Source: Eledone cirrhosa (Eukaryota). From it: a DNA stretch of 64,000 nt. Each line of letters starts with the position of its first letter. The first letter of the stretch is position 1. Under the pieces are notes generated by a model. That model saw only the letters and a program-made list of their open reading frames with translations. It was not told the origin of the DNA and did not search any database. This document shows positions 15,501 through 28,339 of this stretch, one piece after another. The stretch is from assembly GCA_964016885.1 (NCBI GenBank), contig OZ024749.1, positions 28,520,001 to 28,584,000 of the forward strand, written 5' to 3'. A program made the translations under genes and the position numbers.

Positions 15501-18500
15501 AAGATTGAATCTTTCTTCCTATTTCAGCAAACTTTCGATCTGTAGTTGTCTCATCAGCATTAGATGTAACAGATTGTATGGTTAATAACAAACGTTATCG
15601 TCTTGGACGTGAATTTTCATTCACTGAAGGTTGTTTTGAATACCGTTGTATGTGTTACAATAATGGATCTTGGGTGTGTCCTTCATCTCAATCACGATAT
15701 ACCTGTCGTTTGGATCCACATTCAGAAGAAACACCAGGTAAATATTTGAAATAAAGCTATTTGTCTCTTTATATATATTTGCTGCAAATAATCTTCCAAC
15801 TACAATACATATATAACCAATGAGAACCACTCTACATAAATTATATTTATCATCAAGTCGTAAATCTTCTGTTAATCTTTCTTACATCTGTAAACATTCA
15901 TGTATTTATATCCTACAAAATGTCAATAAAATATGTTTGTAAGATCAGATGTTAAAAAATTGGATTTGTCAGTGTTTACTGTGTAAGGTATGTGATTGCT
16001 GTAGACAAGTAACTGGTATATGTTTTCTAATTAATTTTAGTGTCAAGCAAACAGTTCTTCGTGATCGTTAACTCAAATCCAAACACCTGTTTGGCAAATA
16101 ATCAGGAATATCCATTAGGACAACGATTTTCATTTGTTTTGGATTGTTTCCGATACAATTGTGACTGTTTCTACAATGGATCTTGGGAATGCTCTGCAGA
16201 TAGATCAGAATTTGTGTGTAAAGATCCACCAGTACGAGTACCTCCAACAAAACCAACCTATGAAGGTAAAATATGTTGCAATATATTCGTATTGTTGAAA
16301 TCTTCTTTGAATTGAAACTACGTTGAGCTCTTAATTTCATTGATGTCTCGAATTTATTCCCTTTTGAAGATGGTACAAAATTACGACATCTTACCTATTA
16401 GTATAGAATATGTGAGAGTTCGTGAAAGTATTAATACCTTGCACGGAATTCATTGAATCTCATGTAAACCTACAAATATACACCCTAAATATAATTTCTG
16501 ATGCCAAACTCTGAAATACATTCAGTATATCTTCTACGAAATATTTTAATAAAGTTTAGTATATTTATCAGGATTTGAACAGGCTATCATCAAATACAAT
16601 TCTATTATATTTTAAATATTCCATTATGACCAAGCACCAAGCATATATACAATTATCATTTATCTATTTATCATTGTTGTGGATTATGTTTTGCGCATGT
16701 CTGTGGATAGGATTCAGGATAGGGGATACCAACTACAGCCTAGGAGAAGCTCACGCTACCCAGCAAAATACTTGACCGACACCGACTTTGCTGACGACAT
16801 CGCATTGATCAGTCGGTCACTGGAAGATGCTGAGAGTCTTTTGAATTCATTAGAGGAAGCGTCCAACTGTGTTGGACTGTACCTCAACGAATCCAAGACT
16901 GTGTATGTGAACAGATGCGCAAACAGCCTAATCTACCCCATCAGAACCCTAAATGGTACCACCCTAAAGCAGGTGGAAGATTACAAGTATCTTGGCTCAT
17001 ATATCTCCTCCTCCAAAAAAGATTTTCTAACCATGAAGGGTATGGCATGGTCAGCGTGCAATGACATGCACGCCATATGGACATCTCAACTTACCAACAA
17101 GCTAAAACTGGAAATATTCCAAGCAACCATTAAGCCCCTATTACTTTATGGATCCGAAACTTGGACACTAACATCACAACTTGAGAGGAGATTGGATGGC
17201 ACATATACCCGCCTCTTAATGAGAGTGCAAAACCTATCCTGGAAACGACATCCCACGTTGTCTAAAATCTATGGCAAACTCCCTCGAGCCTCTGCCCTTC
17301 TAAAATCCCGGAGAGCTCAATTTGCTGGCCACTGTCACCGTGCCAGCAATGAAATCATATCCGCTCTCTTGCTCTGGAACCCTGACTCCAGCCTGACTAG
17401 GAGTAGGAAGCTGTCATTCCCTGACGTTATCTATAGGGATACAGGAATCAGTAGAGAGGACCTGGGGGCAGCGATGGGGGACAGGGAATTCTGGGGAAGG
17501 AGAGTGAGATCCATCCTCTCGACAGTAGTCGACGAATGATGATGATAATATATACAATTGGTTTGAAAAAGAAAATGGTGGTTTTGTTGAAAGGAAAGTA
17601 AGGTAGCCTCCCCCGAGATTTCTATGTATTAAAAATAAATACGTAGTGAAACGTAAGACATGGATTTTAAATCACGTGAAGAAATGGGAGATAAAAACTT
17701 CATATTAATATTCTAAATTGAAACACATTTTCTTTCCAAAGTATAATCGAATGTTGCCAGTGAAATAAATAAGTATTTCTCATAGATTGAATCTTTCTTC
17801 CTATTTCAGGAAACGTTCGATCTGTAGTTGTCTCATCAACATTAGATGTAACAGATTGTATGGTTAATAATCAACGTTATCGTCTTGGACGTAAATTTTC
17901 ATTCACTGAAGGTTGTTTTGAATACCATTGTATGTGTTACAATAATGGATCTTGGGTGTGTCCTTCATCTCAATCACGATATACCTGTCGTTTGGATCCA
18001 CATTCAGAAGAAACACCAGGTAAATATTTGAAATAAAGCTATTTGTCTCTTTATATATATTTGCTGCAAATAATCTTCCAACTACAATACATATATAACC
18101 AATGAGAACCACTCTACATAAATTATATTTATCATCAAGACGTAAATCTTCTGTTAATCTTTCTTACATCTGTAAACATTCATGTATTTATATCCTACAA
18201 AATGTCAATAAAATATGTTTGAAAGATCAGCTGTTAAAAAATTGGATTTGTTAGTGTTTACGGTGTAAGGTATGTGATTGCTGTAGACAAGTAACTGGTA
18301 TATGTTTTCTAATTCATTTTAGTGTCAAGCAAACAGTTCTTCGTGATCGTTAACTCAAATCCAAACACCTGTTTGGCAAATAATCAGGAATATCCATTAG
18401 GACAACGATTTTCATTTGTTTTGGATTGTTTCCGATACAATTGTGACTGTTTCTACAATGGATCTTGGGAATGCCCTGCAGATAGATCAGAATTTGTGTG

Positions 18501-21500
18501 TAAAGATCCACCAGTACGAGTACCTCCAAAAAAACCAACCTATGACGGTAAAATATGTTCCAATATATTTGTATTGTTGAAATGTTCTTTCAATTGAAAC
18601 TACGTTGAGATCTTAATTTCATTGATGTCTCGAATTTATTGCCTTTTCAAAATCGTACAAAATTACGACATCTTACCCCTTAGTATAGAATATGTGAGAG
18701 TTCGTGAAAGTATTAATACCTTGCACAGAATTCATTAAAACTCATGTAAACCTAAAAATATAAACCCGAAATATAATTTCCTATGCCAAACTCTGAAATA
18801 GATTCAATATATATTCTTCGAAATATTTTAATAAAGATTAGTATATTTATAAGGATTTGAACAGGCTATCATCAAATACAATTCTATTTTATTTTAAATA
18901 TTACATTATGACCAAGCACCAAGCATATATACAATTTGTTTGAAAAAGAAAATGGTGGTTTTGTGTAAAGGAAAGTAACGTAGCCTGCCGCGAGATTTCT
19001 ATGAATTAAATATAAATACGTAGTGAAACGTAAGACATGGATTTCAAATCACGTGAAGAAATGGGAGATAAACACTTAATATTAATATTCTAAATTGAAA
19101 CACATTTTCTTTCCAAAGTATAATCGAATGTTGCCAGTGAAATAAATAAGTATTTCTCATAGATTGAATCTTTCTTCCTATTTCAGCAAACTTTCGATCT
19201 GTAGTTGTCTCATCAACATTAGATGTAACAGATTGTATGGTTAATAATCAACGTTATCGTCTTGGACGTGAATTTTCATTCACTGAAGGTTGTTTTGAAT
19301 ACCGTTGTATGTGTTACAATAATGGATCTTGGGTGTGTCCTTCATCTCAATCACGATATACCTGTCATTTGGATCCACATACAAAGGAAACACCAGGTAA
19401 ATATTTGATTTTTAAAATATTTCTCTATATATGTCCGTGGCAAATATCCTTCTAACTGCAATTCATACTATATAAACGTTTTGAATCACACATCTTCACT
19501 AAGATTCATCTTCACGACATTCTAACTTCTTTGAATGTTGCTTAAATCTGTAAACATTGTGAAATTATTTAGATATTTATGTCCTACAAAATGTCAATAA
19601 AAAATATGTTTGAAATATCAGCTTTCTATCATATATATTTGTCTGTGTTTATGGTGTAAGATCTATGCTTGCGGTAGATAACTAACGGGTAGATGTTTTT
19701 ATTTCATTTTAGTGTCAAGCAAACAGTTCTTCGTGATCGTTAACTCAAATCCAAACACCTGTTTGGCAAATAATCAGGAATATCCATTAGGACAACGATT
19801 CTCATTTGTTTTGGATTGTTTCCGATATAATTGTGACTGTTTCTACAATGGATCTTGGGAATGTCCTGCAGATAGATCAGAATTTGTGTGTAAAGATCCA
19901 CCAGTACGAGTACCTCCAAGACAACCAACCTATGATGGTAAAAATATGATCCATTATATTTGTTGTAATGTACTTTGAATTGAAACTACGTTCATATTCT
20001 AATGTTATTTATGTCTCAAATCTATTGCCTTTTAACATGGTACATAATTATAACACATTATTTATTCAAATCCCGCCGAGGTTGACTTTACCTTTCATCC
20101 TTACGGGGTCGATAAAATAAAGTACCAGTAATGCACTGTGTAATTGCTGGCCTTGTGCCTAAAGTAGAAACAATTATTTATTAATATGGACTAGGGGCGA
20201 TTTCATGCAATTATTAATACCTTGCATAGAATTAATAAATTTCACTTGAAATTTACAAGATATGCCTTAAAAATAATTTAATATTTCAAACTGTCTGGAA
20301 GAAATTCACTATGTCTACTTCGAAATAATTTAATAAAAATAATATTTTTAGAAGAATTAAACAAGGCTATCATCAAATAGAATTTTAATATAATTTGCTG
20401 GTTGCTGCATGACCAATCACAAAGCATATATCCACGTTGCTTGAAAATAATTGTTTCTACTTTAGGCACAAGGCCAGCAAATTACCCAGTGCATTACTGG
20501 TACTTTATTTTATCGACCCCGTAAGGATGAAAGGCAAAGTCAACCTCGGCGGGATTTGAACTCAGATCGTAAAGGGACGTAACTATGCTGGAAAGCATGG
20601 CGTCCGACCCTCTACCGATACTGCCAATCCACCGAAAATAATGTTCGCTTTAGTGTAAAGAAAAATAACGTAGCCTGTCGAGAGACTACTATAAATTAAA
20701 TATAAACCCATGATGAAATGAGACATCGTTTCGTTCAAATCACATTAAAAAAATATTTTAAAAATAAGGTTTGATAAATACTTAATATTTATTTTCTAGA
20801 TTGAATCCTATATTGTTTCCAAAGAAAAATCGAATGTTACCAATGAAAGAAATATGTATTTCTCATAGATATAATCTTCTTCACATTTCAGCAAACGTCC
20901 AATCTGTAGTTGTCTCATCAACATTAGATGTAACAGATTGTATGGTTAATAATCAACATTATCCTCTTGGGCGTGAATTTTCCTTCACTGAAGGTTGTTT
21001 TGAATACCGTTGTATGTGCTACAATAATGGATCTTGGGTGTGTCCTTCATCGCAATCACGATATACCTGTCGCTTGGATCCAGATACAGAAGAAACACCA
21101 GGTAAATATTTGATTTTTAACATATTTCCCTCTTTATATATATTCGTACCAAATATTCTAACTACAATACATACTATATAAACTTTTTGAACCACATTAC
21201 ATGACTTACATTCATCATCGCAATATTTTGACTTCTTTGAATGTTGCTTAAATCTTTGAACATTGTTAAATTATTCATATATCTATGTCCTACAAAATGT
21301 CAACAGAAAATATGTTTGAAATATCAGCTTTCTAAAAACTATATTGGTCAGTGTTTACGGTGTAAGATATATGCTTGCGGTAGACAACTAACTGGTATGT
21401 GCTTTTAATTCATTTTAGTTTCAAGCAAACAGTTCTTCGTGATCATTAACTCAAATCCAAACACCTGTTTGGCAAAAAATCAGGAATATCCATTAGGACA

Positions 21501-24500
21501 ACGATTCTCATTTGTTTTGGATTGTTTCCGATATAATTGTGACTGTTTCTACAATGGATCTTGGGAATGTCCTGCAGAAAGATCAGAATTTGTGTGTGTT
21601 GATCCAACAGTCAGAGTACCTCCGAGAGAACCTACTTATGATGGTAAAATCTTGTTCTATTAACTTCCTAATATTAAATATTCGTTAAAAGTAACCTAGT
21701 TACATATTATAATGCAATTCATTTTCCCGGTATATTGCTTGTTGAGTACATAATTATAATACCTTATAAAATAGATTACAGCTCGTTAGATTTCTTGAAA
21801 TCATGATATATAATTCTTTGAGCTATTTGCTGCTTCTATTTTTGAACATTTTAATATGGTACCATAAAATACCCTCGAGTCTTGAATAAGCATCACCTCC
21901 CCCACTCTCGCTTATTGAATTTTGTTAATCTATTCTCGGCGAAATGTTATTGTATGTGATTCATATTGATAGAGCAGCTACAGAATCTAATAATTTTATT
22001 TTACATTAAACAACATTATGTATGTCAAAAAAGAACATTACAAGCAATTTCATATTTACGAACGTACACTATCCAATTACCGCATCCCCCCCCCCCCCCC
22101 CGCTTATAAGAATTTAAACAAATGCCCACCCCCACCTCCTATTATTTGGCACCAGAGAGTAGTTCTTTTTTCTGAAATAGGTTATGTTATTAAAGATATT
22201 TTACCCCCAAATATTTTAATAACCCGAGATATATTTATACTAGGTTTTAGAAAGTATATCGTAAAATAATTGTCCATTATACTCTTGATACGAAAATAAT
22301 AGAGTGCGTAGCTCGGAGATCAGAGATTCACTCCAGGTAGAGCTGCTACTTCTCCGAATTGAAAGATCACAGCTCCGATACTATGGGCATGTGGTTAGAA
22401 TGTCTCAGGAAAGAATTGCTGGACAGATTTTATGGGCTAAACCAACCTGCAGGAGACCCAGAGGTAGATCCTGAGCAAGCTGATTGGATAACTAACATTC
22501 CTGAACTTGGCTGGTCTCGCTTAGAGTTCCAGTTGGATCAGCTGGAGATGGTTGCTTTTAACAGGACCCGCTGGAAGGAGTGTTTGAGGACGCTGCCTCC
22601 ACGACCCTCTCAGAAATAAGTGGGTAAAGAAGGTAACAAAACACTTGAAGCCACCTCTGGTTTTATGATTCAAAACTGTATAAGTTAAAATATTTTTATT
22701 TAGCTTATATTCTTGCATCATAATTTCATATACAGAACATAGTTAAGTTATGTTCCAAGCACCATTTCGAAAATGAGAAAGTTAGTTATATTACTAAATC
22801 CCTTCAAATTCTTTTTCTCAAAATTATTTGAAAACCTGATTTGGACCTCCGTGCTGTCCGCCCACAATGAAAATCAAGCTCTCATCTCATAACAACATTA
22901 TGGAACAATTATTTCTCCTCAACTGCTCCCGCTCACTTTAACATTACACCAAAACACATAAAAACAGAGACAGATCCCATAAAATTCGAATTGTCTTTGA
23001 ACAAATTCCTCCAAGATATTTCGTATAAATCCCCTACTATCGGATGTCTCCAAAAACAATAAGTCTCTACTTGAGTGGGCTATGGCGTCCAAATCATGAT
23101 GTAAAAGACTTCACCAGATGATGATATTAAGTTAGACATGACCTGGGCCAACATGACTGAAAGCTATCAAAGTTGTAGCAAGTCGGTCAGCAGTGAAATT
23201 AAAGGTGTATAAGAAATCAGAAAGCGTTTTGATTGAAAACAAACAGGAATTTAAGACAAGTGCCAAGCATGACTAATGCAGAATATGTGACAAAGGTGTA
23301 TGTGAGCAGGTCAGTGGGAAATAATGTTCAAGTTCATGAGTGTTGCAAATATTAACTTTCAGTTACTCATGTTGAAGAAGTAAAGTCCTTGCTTCGTATA
23401 AGAATAATGTCCTGAGTTCTGATGGCGATAGGAGTAGGAGCGCTGGACGTGTCTTGTCAGGCTAGAAAACTAGCAGCAACTGAACAGTTCGGTTTAAGTA
23501 TTCGCGCTCGTCACACTTGGGCGGAAGTGACGTCATTGAGCCTTTGCGCATATATTTACTGCAAAGTGTAATTAAAAATATGATAATGAAAGAGTTAATA
23601 TAAATATATTTATATAAAAAAACTTTCATTGTAATTTTATGTACGAACCTTTGTTAAGTTATATTCCAAACATCCACTTGAATATGGCAACAAAGGGGTT
23701 AATAATCCTCGTTGTTTAATTTGTTTAGGACTTAATATTTTGTCTTTCACATCTTTTGTAGTTTACCAACAGTCGATTGTTTTAAACAAGGGACAGAGTT
23801 TTAGTTCCTGTTCAGTAAATGGTACTGAATATACCATAGAGGAGACATTTACACTGACATACAACTGTTATCGCTATGTTTGTCACTGCTTCCACAATGG
23901 TTCTTGGGAATGTCCGGGAGAGCGCGCAGAATATTTTTGTTCACAAACACCTGATCAAGGAATAAGAGAACGTAAGTGTTGGTCATTTCCAAATATATGT
24001 TTCTATTTAAGAATTTTCTTTCCATCTACATATATATTTTCTTGGCATAAAACTTTTTACTAGTTACGTGCTCACATGTACATTTAAACACCTATATATA
24101 CAATATATCGATATATACCAACCGATTTTCTTACACACCAATGCCAGAATCGACAGTTTTCCAAGAAATGGGGACTTGACTAGATCTGTTTTTCCCAAAG
24201 AAATTTTTTTCGTTTCTGTCACTGCCCACTCTCCTTTATCTTTCTATTTCTTCTTTAATTCCTCTTTCTATTCTCTAGTGAATGACTAGCGTCCGAAACG
24301 TTGTGACTCTTTTCCTATTCTATCCAACGTAAAACTAATATATTTCTTCATTGTGTTGTGTTGTTTACTTTATTACTGTTTGCCTTTTGCATATATATAT
24401 ATATATGTCAAAGGTAAACAGAAATAACAACACAATCGGTACAGTATATGGAAGGGAGATATTAGGTTAACGCTTGATATAGCAGGAATAGGGTCTTAAC

Positions 24501-24771
24501 GTTTCGGATGCTAGTGCTTCATCAGAAGAAAGAATGTGAAATAAGATAGATTGAAGGGACGGGTGGGTTGGAATTGGAAAAAATGTCTTTATATAAAAAT
24601 AACAGGTCCATTCATGTTGACATCTCTTGCAAAACTGTTGGTGCTGGCGTTTTGTGTATGATTTATTTTTTTAGAAAAGTGGATGATGGCGCGCGTCTAC
24701 CTGAAATAAAAAAAAAAAACGTTTTGTAAAAAGAGCTATACTTGTGCACATGCGTAAGCATGTGTGTGTCA

Positions 24772-24849
<78 letters not shown>

Positions 24850-26080
24850 ATACGTCCGAAGCTAAGAGGAAATGTGTGTGTATATGTAAATAAAAAGGTG
24901 TGGTGTGGGCATGTAAGTACGAAGGTATGATCAAAAGTATGTTAATATAAGGGTATGTGCGTATACAGAACTGTGACGGGAAAAGTGGAGTGAACATATA
25001 TAGTCGGTCTGTATTAGTTGTAAGAGAAGATGTTAATGATCAAGAGAGGGCGATAGGAATCCAGGGGTGAAGGTACAAGCACGTGTGATAATGGACGGGG
25101 TATTAAAGAAATTGAGGATGTGAGTTGAGTCCAAAAGAGGAATAGGACCCAATGCGGTGAATCAGACTTTGTTCAGTCCTGGTGCGCGAAGCCTGTGATC
25201 CATGATGTAAAAGGACACCCAGGACTGAAATATGTTTGGAAAAATTACCAGGAGAACAGAAATGACGGACGACAGGAGTATCCAAACTGAGTCGTATGTC
25301 CCTCAAATGCTCAGCAAAACGGACCACAATACGGCGTCCCGTTTGTCCGATGTATAAAGACCCGCAAAGGAAACACCGGAGGGCATAGACAACGTGGGTG
25401 GATGTGCAGGTGAAAGAGTGGCGGATACGGAAAGACTCGTTAGGGCATGCAAGAGTGGTGAGGGTGGAAATGAAAGGACAAGTGTTGCAGCGGGGACGAG
25501 AACAAGGATGACAGCTGGGTGGAGTCGTGGGTGAGGACGAAAAGGAACTGCGAACCAGGAGGTCGCCGAGGTTGTGGGTGCGCTTAAAAGCAGTAATGGG
25601 TGGGTTTGGAAAAAAGTGGGAAGTGACGGGGTCAGAAGAGAGGATGCGGAAGGAACGGAGGATATGTCGCCGCAATGGTAGGTGAGAGGGAAAGGAACGC
25701 GGGTGTTGGGAGGGTGGGGTGATGTGAGAGGGCTGTGGTGAGGTCTTTTTCACAGGCGTGAGTGAGAGCAGCTTGGATCAGGGAGGGGCGATATCCATGC
25801 TGGATGAAGCAGGAAGCCATGTGAAGGGAATGGGTTTCGAAATCGTCATCCTGGCTACAGAGCCGACAAAGACGGAGGAATTGGGAATAGGGTATGGAGT
25901 GTTTTGTGTGAGTTGGATGGGAGGAAGTGAAGTGGAGGTTAGATTGGGAGTCTGTGAGGATTCCTGGTGTATATTGGGAGGTGACTACAGTTAAAAAGGT
26001 ACTCAATACGTTCGTAGAATATAGGTATATTTATTTTATTATAGAAATAATTTCTACTGGACTAGATCTGTTTCATTCGC

Positions 26081-26163
<83 letters not shown>

Positions 26164-26974
26164 AGGTATAAACCGAAGTTGTAGCTGCTGCAGAGCAAGT
26201 AGTGTTCGATTTGTTTGAGACAATCACAAAGCACTCAATGGAGCGAAAGGTTAATACATTAACGTCCAGAGTAAAGACAACAGTTACAAAGTGTGACACC
26301 AAGAAAAACGACCGAAGGCAGTGACCATACATATACCACAACAACGATAGATACAGAAAGATTTAAACTAACCTGGACCATCTCTTGTTGATTAAATTCA
26401 ATAAAATAACTAAAAATCTGATAGGTTTCTGGGACACCCGGAAGTTACATAACAAGTTGTATTAAGCACATCCAATACATTTGTGCACTTCCATGATGGA
26501 ACTAGAGCGCCTGTCTTCTGCAGGTTTTGTTCGTTTCCAAATTTCACTTTTGCAGCAGAGGCATTCTACCTGCAGCAGAAATTCTGCCTGTGTCATCACA
26601 TGATTTTCTCAAAAGAATGTCATGTTTACCGAATTTTGGCGGTTCTTTTCGAGTGTGAAAACAAAGGAATTCTCACAGCCTCAAAACAAAAGCTCTCCAC
26701 TAGTGTTTGTAAACAAAAAAATAACTAAACCGTTATCGATCGTATACATGAATCTAGGAGAATACTTATATTAGGTATAAATCGAAGTTGTAGCTACCAC
26801 ACAACAAGTTCTATTCGATTTGTTTGAGGCAAATGGAGTGAAATGGAGTAAAAAGTTAATATTAACGTCCAGATTAAATACAACAGTTAAAATATGTGAC
26901 ACCAAGAAAAATGATCGAAGGCATTGGCCATACATATATCACAACAACGATATATATATTTATATGTATATGTG

Positions 26975-27017
<43 letters not shown>

Positions 27018-27026
27018 GTATATGTG

Positions 27027-27119
<93 letters not shown>

Positions 27120-27994
27120 GTAATCTGAGTTTTTCGAATATTAATAATAACATTCGATTCGTTTGCAATTATGCAAACAAGCCTCAATTTTATAGCCATG
27201 TCAGTAGAATGAACCCTTCATTCTTGCTCTTGTGTTGGCATGTGAACAGAGGCTTGTTTGCATAATTGCAAACGAATCGAATGTTATTATTAATATTCGA
27301 TTCAGTGCACTGGATTGGCAGTATCGGTAGAGGGTCGGACGCCATGCTTTGACGCATAGAGTTACGGCCCTTGCCATTCTGAGTTCAAATCCCGCCGAGG
27401 TTAACTTTGCTTTTCATCCTTACGGAGTCGATAAAATAAAGTACCAGTAATGTACTGGGTAATTGCTGGCCTTGTGCCAAAAAGTAGAAACAATTATTAA
27501 TATTCAAAAAACTCAGATTACATTTATTGTATTCAGCCATGTAGAGCGAAAATTTTCTTTTTTATTTGAATTTGGCAAAGCCGGCCATTTATCGCTCGTA
27601 TACAGGAAACTGACTGGCCAGTCTGCTGATATGCAAATCTGGCTGATCAGTGGATCTGCTAATATGCAGATCTGACTGATCAGCCAGTCTTCTAATATGC
27701 AAATCAGGCTGGTCAGTCACTGTGTATTTTTGAAAATAGCATATATTTTCACTAGCTCTGACAGTTTGGCAGGTGAAAAGTGAGCTGTACTGATGAAGGG
27801 TGATACCCAGAAACATTAGTGTCTGCAGTTCTCTTCACATGCCAACACAAGAGCAAGAATGAAGGGTTCATTCTACTGACATGGCTATAAAATTGAGGCT
27901 TGTTTGCATAATTGTAAACGAATCGAATGTTATTATTAATATTCGAAAAACTCAGATTACATTTATTGTATTTAGCCATGTAGAGCGAAAATTT

Positions 27995-28035
<41 letters not shown>

Positions 28036-28301
28036 GTAGCAATATCCGTAGGAGTGAAAAAGGGAAAAGGAAAGCAGTGCTCAATCGATGGGAAGAGAGT
28101 AGAAATAATATATTATTTATTTATGTTCATACATGGGACAAAAGCGCTACCCAAGGTTTCAAGGTCCAATATTGACCAACCTCCAGAATACAAGAGGGAT
28201 CAAAATTGTGACATATCTTCAGGCGCTTATACACCATGTATGAAGATAAATAGATAATATTATTCTTGCTGAAGTCTATATCTTTCTTCGTGCAATACTT
28301 G

Positions 28302-28339
<38 letters not shown>

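Larger units (their letters stand above)
1..21660 (+). repeat. Tandem array of 15 exon-pair units (about 1380-1391 bp; exon A, intron, exon B, intron), running off the left edge
   Basis: The anchor caattctattttattttaaa recurs at 1, 1381, 2766, 4146, 5531 and onward. Near-identical ORFs repeat every ~1.38 kb, and divergence rises toward the right end. Confidence 0.97.
27113..28000 (+). mobile_element. Non-coding hammerhead-bearing element (Penelope pLTR or retrozyme-like) with partial tandem and inverted copies, interrupted by a SINE
   Basis: About 27113-27246 is the reverse complement of about 27834-27965. 27249-27300 plus 27494-27560 is a direct repeat of 27895-28000. Flanked by (TA)n. Confidence 0.7.

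Noticed and set aside
402-19928. Repeated minus-strand ORFs (MVLIGY..., MVFLEV...)
   Set aside because: They are antisense shadows of exons A and B and repeat only because the array repeats.
824-19978. Each ~91-aa ORF as a separate small tandem gene
   Set aside because: The starts are GTG overlapping the AG acceptor, there is no signal peptide, and module similarity ends at a GT donor. They are internal exons.
23410-23540. Hammerhead-like CTGATG...GAAA and a nearby ETS/CRE motif (GGAAGTGACGTCA)
   Set aside because: The core is incomplete, the stems are unconvincing, and a single motif is not enough to call a regulatory element.
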